From the NCBI RefSeq assembly GCF_006345805.1, contig NC_043002.1, forward strand, positions 2,108,001-2,172,000: DNA of 64,000 nt, read 5' to 3'. The notes below the pieces were generated by a model, which had not been told where the DNA came from, searched no databases, and saw only the letters and a program-made list of their open reading frames with translations. The DNA is from Octopus sinensis. Lineage: Eukaryota. The position numbers and the translations under genes were made by a program. This document shows, piece after piece, positions 13,076 to 26,504 of the stretch; position 1 is the stretch's first letter, and each line of letters opens with the position of its first letter.

Positions 13076-14899
13076 GGGTTATTAATAAGCTACATAGCAT
13101 TACCTTGAATTCTTTATATATATATATAGCTTTACTTAGACCTACATATGTTTCCGCTGCACCGATTAGTAACCGTTGCAATTGCAACCCTACTGTAAGA
13201 CCGGTGCAATTTCTTCCTGATTTTTACTGTATTATCCTTCGATGCAACTGTTTAAATGAAGTTTATATAAATTATTAGCTACGAAAGTAGAAGCAGTATT
13301 AATACTAAACTTTAATCTTTATACCCAACTTAGAACGGACGTCTTGTTAGAACACCTGATTCTGCGTGATCAGCCTTGAGGGATCCAATCAATGGGTGCT
13401 TAGTATATAAAAAGCTCACACAGAGATCGTAGCAGACGAGAATCGTGTGTGTGTACCTTTATGTTGCCAAGTTCGATATAAAGATTACGCTTTTGCTGTT
13501 ACTATTGCTTTCGACACTAACAAATCTTTAATAAGTCTGCTGGTTATTTGTGGCATCAGTAACTGAAAAGACGCTGATCTATATATCGTAAAAGCTAGAT
13601 TTGACCGGCGTGCGGTAACCGGATGTTTCCCAATGATGAGGTCCAACAGAGTGAAATTAACTGAAATGTGAGTTCCGGCGCCCGTGACAGATCATTCTTG
13701 TCTGCTACGCTCTGTGCGTCTGTTAGGCGCCAAAATGAGAAGATGTCTCAACTCTAATAGCGCACGCGCATACCCACACACCCACATATGTATGCGTGTG
13801 TTCGTTTACATATATATTTAATTTGATATATATGCATGTATATACATTCATATATAGACACACACATATATATGTACACAGACGTACTTACCTATATCAC
13901 ATAGACACACACATTTGCTAAAATATTCGATGCCGTTTTCATGAAACGATGCGTAAAATAGTATATATGTTTTTAAAATAGAATAAAGTAAATGTAATGG
14001 TGTGTGTGTGTGTATGTGCGTATTCAATTACTGATATATTATATTCCTGTGGTTAATGCAGTGTCTGCTTTATTTATCGTACAATTAGCTATTATCTGAG
14101 TATACAGAAGTGATTTATCTTAATTACGTAAATCAGTTTCGCTTACGATCCGTGGAAATGTGATAATGGACGAATATCTTCAAGTTTAATGTAATTCATA
14201 TAAGTATTTTTCGTTTGCCTTTTCAAGTTTTTCCTTTTTATTTTACTCTGAATAGTTTCACATGCAGTCGTATATATTTGATTAAAAACCTAATTACAGG
14301 ACGATTTCTTATCCTTAAATAGCAGCAACGATTCGATGAAGTTGTTAGCTGACTCTACAACAAATACTTGAGTGAAGCATTTATTAAATTAAATAATTAC
14401 TTTCTCATCTGAAAAAGATGATGCTATGTTATGTAATTTGTCATAATTTAGACACTTAAACTGCTTTAGTGGAAATAACGTTGATTACTTTTGCTGGGAA
14501 CGACTCGAAATAGGATTAGTAATAATCCGAAAGGGATAGAGTTTAAACAGAAATAGCACGTATTAAACTCTAATCTCGTACGTCAATAAATAGGTTTAGT
14601 CATTATTAATGTTATATTCTGTAATACACAACTTTATAAACTAGACAATCGCCAAACATTTTCGAATGTCTATGATATATGTAGCGAGCAGTCCGCTGAT
14701 CGCTGCTTAAACATAATTAGCAACGAAGAAGCTATATACCGAAATACTTTACTACAGAAATATTAGTTTTACATACACAAACGTAGATTATTGCAATCAA
14801 AGTCATTCTTCAATTTCTAGTTTGCCCAGTCTCTCCCCATCAAATAGCTGGCATCAGTTCCTCATATAAATAATCTCATGTCAAATTATAAGGTGATCA

Positions 14900-15690
14900 A
14901 TGAATTCTTTAATGCAATACACGGCACAGACGATGAATTACAAATATCTAAACTTCTTGATTACATAAACTTTACAATCTGAAGGAAGATATTACTTTGA
15001 CCAAAATAGAAAGTTCCGTCCGTCCATAAATATACTTGAATCAAAAGCTCTTGCAGCCATTCCTTATGGCACGTGAGTTCCATTCTGTCGCCGTTTGTGG
15101 CTGAAGGCCTTCTGTATTATATCCACAGTATTTAAAGATAGATTAAAGAACGTTAGTTATTCTTTAACTCGAAATAAAATTGTTAAAAGAAGATATGTGA
15201 AACATTTTAACACATTTCGAATTCGTACAAAAATGAATTTCACATAGAAAAAATATCTAATTAGTTATATGACTAAAAAAACATCAAACAATGGAATAAA
15301 ACAGTTTTAGCATTAAATAATATAATAAAACATCCTTCAGAGAAAAATATACTGTTTTATAACTATGTTATGTTAGAGCAAAACTAGGACTCAAAAAAAA
15401 AGCATCCGGTGTTGGTTGTTAGCGGTAACTTAGATATCATACAACACGATATCATAAACATAATACACATGACAATGGTATATGCCATATCATAAATGAT
15501 ATATGATAATAAAACTGTATTACAAAATTCAAATGAAATAAACATTGTGGCATAAAATATTGCCGGTTAAATTGTAAGCAATAACCCAACTTAATATCCT
15601 TAACTATGAGGCTTCATGAATGGGAAGCAATTTTGGATCTAAATGTTGTATGTTCAAATCTACATCATGCTCATCCTAACCAGAAAGCCG
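14900..15690 (+). mobile_element. Highly degenerate Penelope-like RT remnant
   Basis: Scattered motifs YYFDQN, SILSPFVAE (GSxxSPxxA-like) and RRYVKHF (RYVDD-like) in different frames. Confidence 0.3.
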
Positions 15691-17104
15691 TTGTAAAGTA
15701 AAACAGAAAGACTGGCTTTGAAAATTTAAAGATAATGAAGAATAGGAAAACCAATTAATATAGGTAAGTAACGAAGATTCGAATGTAAAGAAAGAAAAGA
15801 AATTGAGAAGCCAATGTAAATATGAGATGAAATGAAAGTGAATGGAGATAGTCGATAGATATTAAGTTTATTATAGAATCGCATTGATATTTATTTAGTT
15901 GCTTTGACTCGAAGCTATGGCAGCTTTCACCACGGAAATATAAGCCTTGCCGATAGTCTGGATCAAACATGTAGAAAGTGAGAAAAAAACAAAGAAGATA
16001 ATAAATGACAAAGTAAAGGAAACCAAACAAAACTATTCCTAGACCAATATCAATAAAGTCCAATAAAGTGCAAACAGAACAATTCAGAGGTGATATATTG
16101 AATCTGACATCGTAGTTAAATAACAGCCATTTGGCAGCAAATTATATAAAGAAAAATAATCTTCCGCGCGAATAGACAAAGAGTAAATAGACGAGGAATG
16201 TATCTTAGGGCAATGGAAAATAACAGAGTGATGTAGATAGGAGATCGGAATCGAAGAGAACGGGGGAAAAAAACAACACGAGTGTATAATATTGTAAATA
16301 AGACAGCATTTCCTCGGGTGCAAAAGTGTAAGAAGTAATAATGTTTTATTGGATCAATATTTAGGAACATACGCGAAAATGGAGAATAAAAATTTTTAGA
16401 TAATTTTATACAGCATCTCGAATAACATTCGTTCATCAACGTTAAATGCTTGCCCAGTACCTGACTTTCTTACTCTCTCCCCCTTTCTCTCTTTCCCCTC
16501 TCTCACTATGTTGCTGTCTATCTCCCTTTACGACCGAGAGTTTCCTAACTGTTATCTATGTGAAAACACACGCACACACACTCATCATATATATATATAT
16601 ATAAGTTCAGTAAAAATTTAGATTCAGTTGCATATGGTACTTAAGTTAAAGGCACCAGAATTTTGCATGGTATTATCCATAGAAATCAAATGGGGTGATT
16701 ACAATCAAAATAAGCAACATATCCTTGTTGCTTATTTTGATATATATATATGAAGATAGATAGATTAGATTAGATTTTCAGAAGTGTCTAGTACGTGGAG
16801 CTGTATCACAAATTATGTCTATTCTGTTTGTTGTTATAAAAACAGTTTGTTTTTAATATAGCACGGAGTCTCAGAACACTGTCTGTTAACGTACAAATTG
16901 ATTGGTCATCGTTCATGTATACAAACACACTCACACACGTTGAGTACCATTTTTAGATCAGTTGAATATGAGCGAATGATTGTTTCTCTTTCGCTAAACT
17001 TCGTCATCACTCTTTGTTCAAATGTTTGCAAATTTATTTCTCAAATTCCATTCGAACATGAAGTCTATTTTGAAACTATCTTCTCAGTGTGTTAGGATAT
17101 CGTG

Positions 17105-17209
<105 letters not shown>

Positions 17210-17340
17210 TGTATATATATACATATATATATATGTGTGTGTGTGTATAAAATTGAATAAGGGTAGAAATTGATATTAATCAATTAAAACCAGTGGCTTA
17301 GCATATTTTTAAAAATCCGAAGATTAAAATTTTTTTTTGC

Positions 17341-17578
17341 ATACATGATTTAGAGGACTGACCACTAAAAGTGGACAGGCTATACGCTAGATATAGACGT
17401 CAAAATCGCCATTTTCCACGAAGAATGTGTTCTCAAGAAAAAACTGAGCAAAAAACATATACATATACGTTTTTGCTGAGTTTTTTCTTGAGAACACATT
17501 CTTCTTGGAAAATGGCGATTTTGACGTCTATATCTAGCGTATAGCCTGTCCACTTTTAGTGGTCAGTCCTCTAAATTT

Positions 17579-17583
<5 letters not shown>
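17341..17583. repeat. Fold-back inverted repeat, about 115-bp arms, about 12-nt spacer, right arm running into (TA)n
   Basis: 17348-17456 is the reverse complement of about 17469-17576 with 2 substitutions and a 1-nt A-run difference. Confidence 0.92.
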
Positions 17584-17617
<34 letters not shown>

Positions 17618-17619
<2 letters not shown>

Positions 17620-19040
17620 CTTAATTGTGGCTAAAATTTGACATGCATCTGATCTGTTTTTTCTGAGTAATTGAGAATTTACTGAAATTGGCTGTCTGAA
17701 TTTATTATGCAAATATTCATATTTTTACAGTGTTAATGATACGTTTTTGTTATTTTGTAGGTCATAATATAATCATGGGTAAAAAGAAAGATATTACAGT
17801 GTCTGAAAAGCAGAAAATAACTAGGCTTTTAAGTGATTGCAGTACTTATTTGAACATTTCGAAGCAGCTTGGCTGAGATCATCGAACAATCAATAAAACA
17901 ATTGAAGATATGATAAAGAACAGGAAACGAAGGTCTGGAAAGAGGTTCAAGAATTTGTCCACAAGAGATAAACGGCAGCTCCAACGCATTGTCGCTAAAA
18001 ACCCATTACTCAGTAGCGATAAGGTATTCAATATGGCTGGGATTGTTGGAATAAAGAGAGACAAAAAGATGTAGAGTCTTTCGCGATATTGGTTCTGTGA
18101 GAAACTTTCCTCGCCAGCCTCCTGTATCTCCAACTAATATTGATAAACGTTTAAATTGGGCAAAAAAGTACGTAAAAACAGGTTTCAGTGACGTCATATT
18201 CACTGACGAATCACGCGTCACATTAGATGGTCCAGATGGGTGGACTAAAGGATGGGTTCTGTCAAGCCAGGATGCTCCTATGAGAAGAAGACGGCAACAA
18301 GGCAACAAGGAGGTGGTGGTGTAATGATATGGGCTGGTATTCTTAATAGAAGATCATTGAACCATTTAAAGTTGACGAAGGTGTAAAACGCAACAGTACT
18401 AATTATTGTGAATTCTTGGATCAAACTTTCTTTGAATGGAACAAGCGTCAGCCTCACAGTTTCGAGACAAAGTCTATATTCATGCTTTACAATGCTCAAT
18501 CAAATGCTTCTTGCCTAACTCGTGAGTTTCTTGAGTGCAAAGAATTTGCTAAATAATGGAGTGGCCACCGTCAAGCCCTGACTTGAACCCTATAGAAAAC
18601 CTCTATGAAGGAGGCAAGCAGTACAACAGTAAGGTAGAACTGTGTGATGCTATACAAAGTATTACTGCTGCAGTTTCGCCAGATCAAATTGGAAAACTAA
18701 CAAATTCGATGGACAACAGATTAGTAAAGTTGATTGAAAAGAATGGTCTTTATATCAACATGTAAATTGTCTCAACTCTATATTAAAACATTGTTCTTTG
18801 AATTAGTAAAAAGTTCTTAATGGGTTCATATATTTTAATTGTTCTGATACGCAAAGCAAATAACAATTCCAACATTTGCGTAATAAATTCAGACAGCCAA
18901 ATTCAGTAAATTCTCAGTTACACATGAAAAACAGATCAGATGTATGCCACGTTTTAACCACAATTAAGAATGAACATTTGTACAAACATCCTAAAGTTTC
19001 AGCTTCCTATGTACCGATTTGCATTATATCTTCAGACAAG

Positions 19041-19045
<5 letters not shown>
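17618..19045 (+). mobile_element. Tc1-family DNA transposon (TRT/DD37E-like) with long TIRs; outer left TIR missing
   Basis: 17618-17717 is an inverted match to 18871-18970; the right TIR continues to ...CAAGGTGTG|TA at 19045; transposase remnant inside. Confidence 0.85.
17775..18765 (+). pseudogene. Tc1-like transposase, disrupted
   Basis: MGKKKDIT... HTH region; IFTDESRVTLDGPDGW (first D), YNA replacing the second catalytic D, WPPSSPDLNPIEN (E); stops and frameshifts. TLDGPDGW is characteristic of TRT/DD37E elements (from memory). Confidence 0.85.
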
Positions 19046-19094
<49 letters not shown>

Positions 19095-19103
19095 CTTGTC
19101 TGA

Positions 19104-19155
<52 letters not shown>

Positions 19156-20499
19156 TATATATACTAGCTCAGTCTGTTCACCTTCCAGGAATCTTTGCAG
19201 GGGTAACACTGTCTGAGCGCATATCTGCGAGATGGTGTCAGCTGATGGACCGCTTGAGCAGCAGAATGAATCTCAAAAGAAACTGAATTGGAAACAGCTA
19301 TTGGGCTGGTCGGACACCTCTACCCAACCTTTTAAGGATAGCTTCCTCTTAACCCATTTCCGAGTAAGACTAGCCACCCTGATTGTTACCACGTTATGCT
19401 TACGGTCTACCGGAAGATCGGGGCTACCAACGTCTGGTTAGTCGTATCTCGAGATCGAAGGATTTCATTATCACAACGCCACTCAGTACGACAGACACAG
19501 AGATGAGCTGACTTCGTACACACCGAAGATTGGTGACAGTATGTGCACTGCAGAGGTTCTGGTCTCGCAAATGGCTACTACATGTATGACATGTCGAAAT
19601 TGTTGACCACGTGACTTGGCTTCTAACAAAATGTTAATAACCCATATTGCACATGGCGACACGTGCTAAATGATGCCAATTAATTGCTCATAGGTTGCCT
19701 CAAGTTGTACAATGCAGACGATAAACTGAAGATGCTACTAAATTCTAAGTAATGTACAAAATCAATGGAAAGATTGTCAGAAAACTCGCAACAAATTTAC
19801 AAATTCAATTTTGAAGAGAGGAAATTTTCCAAAAGCCTTTCATATCATGTTAGAATAACAAAACAGATATAAAAGAATTACATAAAATATATAAACATAA
19901 CTACTTGGATTTAATTAACCAGACGTCGTACACGAATGAAGGAAAACGATGAGAAAGTAACACAATAGAGGAATTAAATGTATTCTTCAAACTAGATAAA
20001 ATGCTGCACTTAAGGTAACAGACATCTGTAATCTCGTTAATTCAGTTATAAGTTAGAGTTATGATATTCTTAACTGGAAGCTTAGTGAAATTACAAAACG
20101 ACAATGGCGGAAAAGTAATGTATATAGAACGAACACAGCCACCAAAAGTTGACATAAATATTCTGTTGCTCGTTGCCATCTTCACTTAATAATATCTAAT
20201 GTAGAAATGTTGTATGACAATGCCAAGTACAGAATTCCAAAAGTAACCAATCAAAAATACAGAGATGCAGGAGGTTTTATTAATGACTTGAAAGTGGAAA
20301 AGCAAATGTTTGCATAAGAATTATTTATCGAAGAACATTATAGTTTTATTTCAAGTATCTTGGTAATTTCAATATATTTTCAAAGAAAGGATTATTAAAA
20401 ACAATGTCAAAACAGCACTGAATGGAGACAAAATATACTAAATAACACATAAAAAGAAAAATATGGCCACAGGCACGATATATTGGTTTCAAATTTTTT

Positions 20500-20700
20500 C
20501 ACAAGGCCAGCAATTTCAGAGAAGAGTAAGTCGATTACATCAATCGCAAGGCTCGTCTGGTACTTATTTTATCGATTTCCGAAATGATGAAAGGCAAAGT
20601 CGGCCTCCGCGGAATTTGAAATCAGAACATGAAGACGGGACAAATTGGCGCTCAGCATTTTTTCCCGGGTGCAAACGATTCTGCCACGGACAATGTGTAT
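20500..20700 (-). mobile_element. tRNA-derived SINE family D
   Basis: TAAGTCGATTACATC...GATGAAAGGCAAAGTCG.CCTCCGCGGAATTTGAA.TCAGAAC, shared with the 47.6 and 60.0 kb copies. Confidence 0.6.
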
Positions 20701-21944
20701 TGGCATTGTATTTTGTCCGTTTCATTCTGTAGCCATTCCTGAAGAATTATGCATGAGAAATTGATCTGGTAGCTTCATTTTAAGTTGAATTATTATTCGT
20801 CTCTTGCGTTATCCAGTCAGCTGACTATTACGTATATGTGTGTACCTGTGTGTGTGTAGATATGTGTGTCTTATGTGAATATACATGTATGTGTATGTAT
20901 GTATGTATGCCTATATATATATATACAGAAGAGAGGGGAGGGAGAAAGATCTAGCTAAGTAGCTGGATAGATAGATAGATAGATAGATACATACATACAT
21001 ACATACATACATACATACATACATACATACATACATACATACATACATACTTTTTAATATTTTTTATATTTTTCTCTATGAATAAATTTATCCTTCTTTA
21101 AGGTAGATTAAAATACCAAAGTGCAAATTTAAAATCATACAAGAAAAAAAAATCTATAAACGAGATAAATCCGATAGTATTTTCATTAAACATTATGCAG
21201 TGAAGCAGTTATCTCCAGCAATAAAACTACACATAGGTGTTGCAAACTATAAAAATTCCATTTTCCTGAAAAATAATTTATCGATTTTAATTAGTGCTTA
21301 CAAATAAACGAAAGTGTAAAACAATAAATTACATATGTTTTCATTAAAATTATTAAACATTGAAACCTAACTGAAGGAATTATTAATAAAACTTTCAGAA
21401 AGCAGACAATTGCAATTTTATTTCAACAAAACAAAAAGCGGCCGAAATAGAGTAAACAAGAAATAAATTGGTACTAATATCTCCGACAATAACCAAGTGA
21501 AAGAAATAAATGGAAAGTCTGCAACGTTAATTGCTTTTATTATAAAACATAATTACTTTAGATAAACAAAGCAAATAAGAATTATCCTTTTGGTTCTGAA
21601 TGCAAAACATATATTTTATATCAAGTTAGTTTAATAACCGATATCTCATTTACAGACCACAAAATACTAACACATTACATTTCTAAGAGTTAATATAATA
21701 GATAGACCAGCTTCACAAAGCGCATTTTATGCGCTTCGTTGATTATTTTAATTCTGCTCCTCTTCTATTTGAGGAGATGGAGTTGAACTTTGCAATCATT
21801 TACAGTTTGGTCTTTTTTCATGATGTCTTACAGAAAGTACAGCATCATTGTTGGCGATAGAAACCAATATGCAAATATAATTTCGACTAGATGAATAGAA
21901 GAATTCACAGAATGGTCTGAAAATATATCAGAATTAATGACACA

Positions 21945-22007
21945 ATCATCATCATCATCATCATCATCATCATTATTATTATTGCTTTTGTTATTATAAT
22001 TATAATA

Positions 22008-22087
<80 letters not shown>

Positions 22088-22133
22088 CAGCAGCAGCAGT
22101 AGCAGCAGCAGTAGTAGTATCACCATCATCATC
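21945..22133. repeat. Compound trinucleotide microsatellite (ATC)(ATT)(AGT)(AGC)
   Basis: Direct reading. Confidence 0.9.
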
Positions 22134-22380
22134 ACTATACACCAGAGGGAATACGTAGTATGTAAGAGAACGCAGACCCATTATCCAATGCCACACACAT
22201 GTTTTGCATAGAGAGATGGCAAGGAATTTACGTTTCCCAAAGCGTGTGTCGTCTGCGCCTACACACCGAACCCACTTATTCTATGCATCTCTGCCGAGAA
22301 TCGTTTTGCAAAAAATCTAGCGTTTTTTCCTTTGAATTTCTAATAAACTCGTAACTGAACTCAAACAGGGGTGTTCATTT

Positions 22381-22418
<38 letters not shown>

Positions 22419-22476
22419 GTGTGTGTGTATGTGTGTGTGTGTGTGTGTGTATGTGTGTGTGTGTGTGTGGTGTGTA

Positions 22477-22508
<32 letters not shown>

Positions 22509-22610
22509 TGTGTGTGTGTATGTGTGTGTGTGTGTGTGGTGTATGTGTGTGTATGTGTGTGTGTGTGTGTGTGTATGTGTGTGTGTGCGTGTGCGTGTGT
22601 GTGTGTGTTT
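22381..22610. repeat. Long interrupted (GT)n microsatellite
   Basis: Direct reading. Confidence 0.95.
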
Positions 22611-23540
22611 TGTTTTGTGTCTGTGTGTGTATATATATGTATGCATGTATGATATAGCTTCATATTTACATGTATATGTATGAAGAATTATGCACGTATG
22701 TACAAATACACACACACGCACACACATATATTTATATATACAAGTATATATGTGTGTATGCATGTTATATGCATATATGTGTATGTATATATACATCTGC
22801 ATATGTACATATGTGTATGTTATTTCTGCTTTGTATGTTTATGCACTCCTGGCGCTTTTACCTCGGATCGTATTCGGATCTATTTCCTCCTGGCAACATC
22901 TTTCGTTTCTTGGGGTTTTTTCTACAATTTTGGTGGGGTTTATTTATTTATTTTTTACCTTTCTTCTCTCCGTATACTCTGTTGTGCATATACGAACCCA
23001 TTCCTGAGAGGTCCAGCAGATATATCTTTAGACTCTCACTGTCACTACACACTACCACCCCGTCAGAGCATCAACACGCTGGACACTCAGCCTTATTCCT
23101 CTTTGTTCATTCTCTAAATTGCCTGACCATGATAGTGGAGATACAATAGAACAGCCGTGCTGATAACGCCTTTCAATACAGGAACATGTGTCCATAGAGA
23201 CGTGTCAAATTTGAAGAGTACTTGATTCATATCATTATCTTCCCTACTAACTTGAAGTTGGCAGTAACTGCTATCAATGATGTTCTCGCCTCTCTCTTGA
23301 AGCGGAGGTAATTTTTGATATCATTTAATAAACAATCACTCATATTTTGGGGGTATTTTTTTTATCAGTTATTGTGCTTTTGTTCCTGTACAATCTACGA
23401 AGTCTTACTCACTTGGCAGGTTGTTAGTTACTATCCACAAACGTGGCCATCTAGTTGAGGGTCGGTGAGCCGAGTACAATGGAAGAATGTTGGAGGAAAT
23501 TTATTCCTACCTACGTGCACAGTCACACGCAGATGCAGTA

Positions 23541-23836
23541 AAGGCGCGTAGCTTAGCGGTTAAGGCATCTCACTCATGACCGTGAGATTGTGAGTTCGAG
23601 TTCCAGTGATGCGTTGCGTCCTTGAGAAAGACGTTGTTCTAGTCCACTCAGCTGGCACAAATGAGGTGCACCTGAAATTCAAAGGGGCCAGCCTTGTCAC
23701 ATCCCCTGCCATGCTGAATCTCCCTGAGAACCACGTTAAGAGTACGCGTGTCTGTGGAGTACTCAGCCACTTGCACGTTAATTTCACGAATAGTATCGGA
23801 TCAAAGTGGAACATTCGTCGTCGTAACCGACGAAGG
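23541..23836 (+). mobile_element. tRNA-derived SINE family B
   Basis: A box (TAGCTTAGCGG), B box (GTTCGAGTTC), conserved body CTGTGGAGTACTCAGCCACTTGCACGTTAATTTC shared with the 46.2 and 48.6 kb copies. Confidence 0.8.
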
Positions 23837-23889
23837 GTCTGTTTACGCACACACACACACACGCGCGCGCACGCACACACACACACACA

Positions 23890-23924
<35 letters not shown>

Positions 23925-24000
23925 AACACGCACTCATAAGCACATAAACACAGTACGTATAGTTTCATACTTATATATATTATATACACACTCCTAAGCG

Positions 24001-24179
24001 TAGGAGTGGCTGTGTGGTAAGTAGCTTGCTTACGAACCACATTGTTCCGGGTCCAATTCCACTGCGTGGCACATTAGGCAAGTGTCTTCTATAGTCTCGG
24101 GCCGACCAAAGCCTTGTGAGTTCATTTGATAGACGGAAACTAAAAGAAGCCAGGGGTATATATGTATATATATATAATA

Positions 24180-24214
<35 letters not shown>

Positions 24215-24407
24215 AATTAACTATTAATTATATTTTTATTTAATTTTAATTTCATTATTTGTTATTTATGTATTGGTTTATGTCTATCATTGTTTGTGTT
24301 GCTTAATAGTAATTTTATCTCTAATTCATATATTTATATATTTATATTGTGAAATTTGATTTAATCCTAAATCTAATTTTTCCCTGTAAGTTTGGAGCCA
24401 TATTCCC

Positions 24408-24474
<67 letters not shown>

Positions 24475-24700
24475 GTGTGTAGTGTATATGTTTGTGTGTC
24501 TATGTTTGTCCTCCCAGCATCGCTTGACAACCGATGCTGGTTTGTTTACGTCCTCGTAACTTAGCGGTTCGGCAAAAGAGACCGACAGAATAAGTACTGG
24601 GCTTACAATGAATAATTTCTGGGGTCGATTTTCTCGACTAAAGTTTGTGCTCCAGCATGGCCACAGTCCAATAACTGAAACAAGTAAAAGAGTAAAAGAG
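24001..24700 (+). mobile_element. tRNA-derived SINE family A with expanded internal (TA)n region
   Basis: Head TAGGAGTGGCTGTGTGGTAAG, GGCAAGTGTCTTC...GGGCCGACCAAAGCCTTG, tail GTGCTCCAGCATGGCC.CAGTC..ACTGAAACAAGTAAAAGAG; colinear with 34711-35105. Confidence 0.85.
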
Positions 24701-24757
<57 letters not shown>

Positions 24758-25881
24758 CGCACGCAAACTCACACGCAAACACATATAGAAAAATACATAG
24801 GCAGCACCAAGTTCTTCATATCATGCATTTGCAACGACGGAATTTTAGGTTCAACTCCGCGCCACAGCACCATGGGGAGGTGCTTTTATGCCTTAGTCAA
24901 CCGATCTTTTGCTGGTAGTTTTTAGTTTATGAAAACTGCGCATACACCAGGTGAACGGGCGGATAGCAATTACTTTTGGAAGAACCGTTATAAGGAACTC
25001 TAGCGGGAGCTGACCAGCAGAAGCCACCTCCCCCCTCATCACCACCACCTCAGACAAGTGTAAATTATTGGATAATGGGAGGAGTAAGCTTTAAACACGT
25101 TCAGTAATATTTCCACAAATCGAAATATGACTCGATGTTACTAAAGTCTCTATATTCATGACTGTGTGTGTATGTGTGTGTGTGTGTGTTCGAGTCTGTG
25201 TGTGTTCGCGCGTGTATGTATGAGTGTGTTTGTGTATGTGCACTAGAAAAATTACAGCACTTAAAATATCATTAATAATACCATTTGTAATAATTTCCAA
25301 TGACTATTTTTATATTTTGTGCAAGGTAGGAGACTTTCTAAGCGTATTAAACAAATTTAGTTTTTGCTGATACAGAAAATAGTGATTGACAAATCACTGG
25401 TGTTACAAAATAAGCGGCTGTCGGTGTAAAAAGTCGATTTTAGTGACGGACGTAGTATTATGGCAAAACAAATACCGCAGTTTTCTAGCTTTCTGTACAC
25501 ATTAAGTCGGATATAAAGAAAACCGTTCTCAGCCAAAATTGCTTTCATCACCAACAACAAATTTTCATCCAGCCTGCCAGGTATTTTCAAAACCAGTGAT
25601 TTGCTAATCACTGTTTCTCTATATTAGAAGAGGTTAGCTTTGTCAAAACATGCGCTTGCTAATGGACGTTTACTACTGATGATGCACAAAGATGCAGAAA
25701 TCTAGATTTAGCATCTCCGCTGCCGCTGCTCGGCACTTTTCCCACTGCCACTGATATTCTCCAGTATCTTTTAGCAAATGCTTTTTCGTTACAAGCACCG
25801 CTGTTTTCTGGCTTTCTACGTTAAGTCGGATATACAGACTGCTGCTTTGAACTGGTATCACTTATATATAAATAGCGAATA

Positions 25882-25915
<34 letters not shown>

Positions 25916-26455
25916 CTCATATGCATATATACACACACATATAATACGTATTTTGCAATGTACAAGGAAAAGCAGAAAAATGTCGTGCTTTACCGTTTGA
26001 CAAATATTTCACCGGTAACGATAGGTTGTGCATCTGTCCAAACTCTAAAAGAAAACAAAACCGATCAGCTACAGGAAGATCCTGTGACCGTCTGCCTAAT
26101 TTCACAGACACCACAACAATGGTTGCAGAAAATATGGGAGGTTTTAACCGTCACTTTGTTTACTTTAATACAGACTTAGAACATTTGTATGATTAGCAAA
26201 ATGATTCATACAAAATGAATTAGTTACGCTGTTCTGTTTCCAGCACATTCTATCCCCCCCCCTTTCACTCTCCCTCTCCTTATATCAATTTTTCTATATA
26301 CACCTCTCACACAGAATGCCTCCAAACACTCTTATGTGAATACACATACTCGTGCACATATATATGAGACAGAGAGAGGGAGAGAAATAGATGTATTGAT
26401 AAGCTATATATATGCCGTATATATGTACGTATGTATATAGTAATATAGCTATATA

Positions 26456-26504
<49 letters not shown>

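Noticed and set aside
13676-13690. CGGCGCCCGTGACAG as an LTR primer-binding site
   Set aside because: Only a partial match to tRNA-Lys PBS; no paired LTRs or gag/pol found.
17352-17572. Sola-like MITE (GAG...CTC ends)
   Set aside because: No matching TSD, and the inverted match extends beyond GAG into the ATACA/(TA)n flank.
23541-23620. SINE heads as tRNA genes (also 32973, 42079, 46475, 48790)
   Set aside because: No clean cloverleaf, and they continue into SINE bodies repeated elsewhere in the window.
25357-25611. ORF with LAENGFLY, faintly BIR-like
   Set aside because: Lacks the CxxC...H...C zinc ligand pattern and overlaps local repeats.
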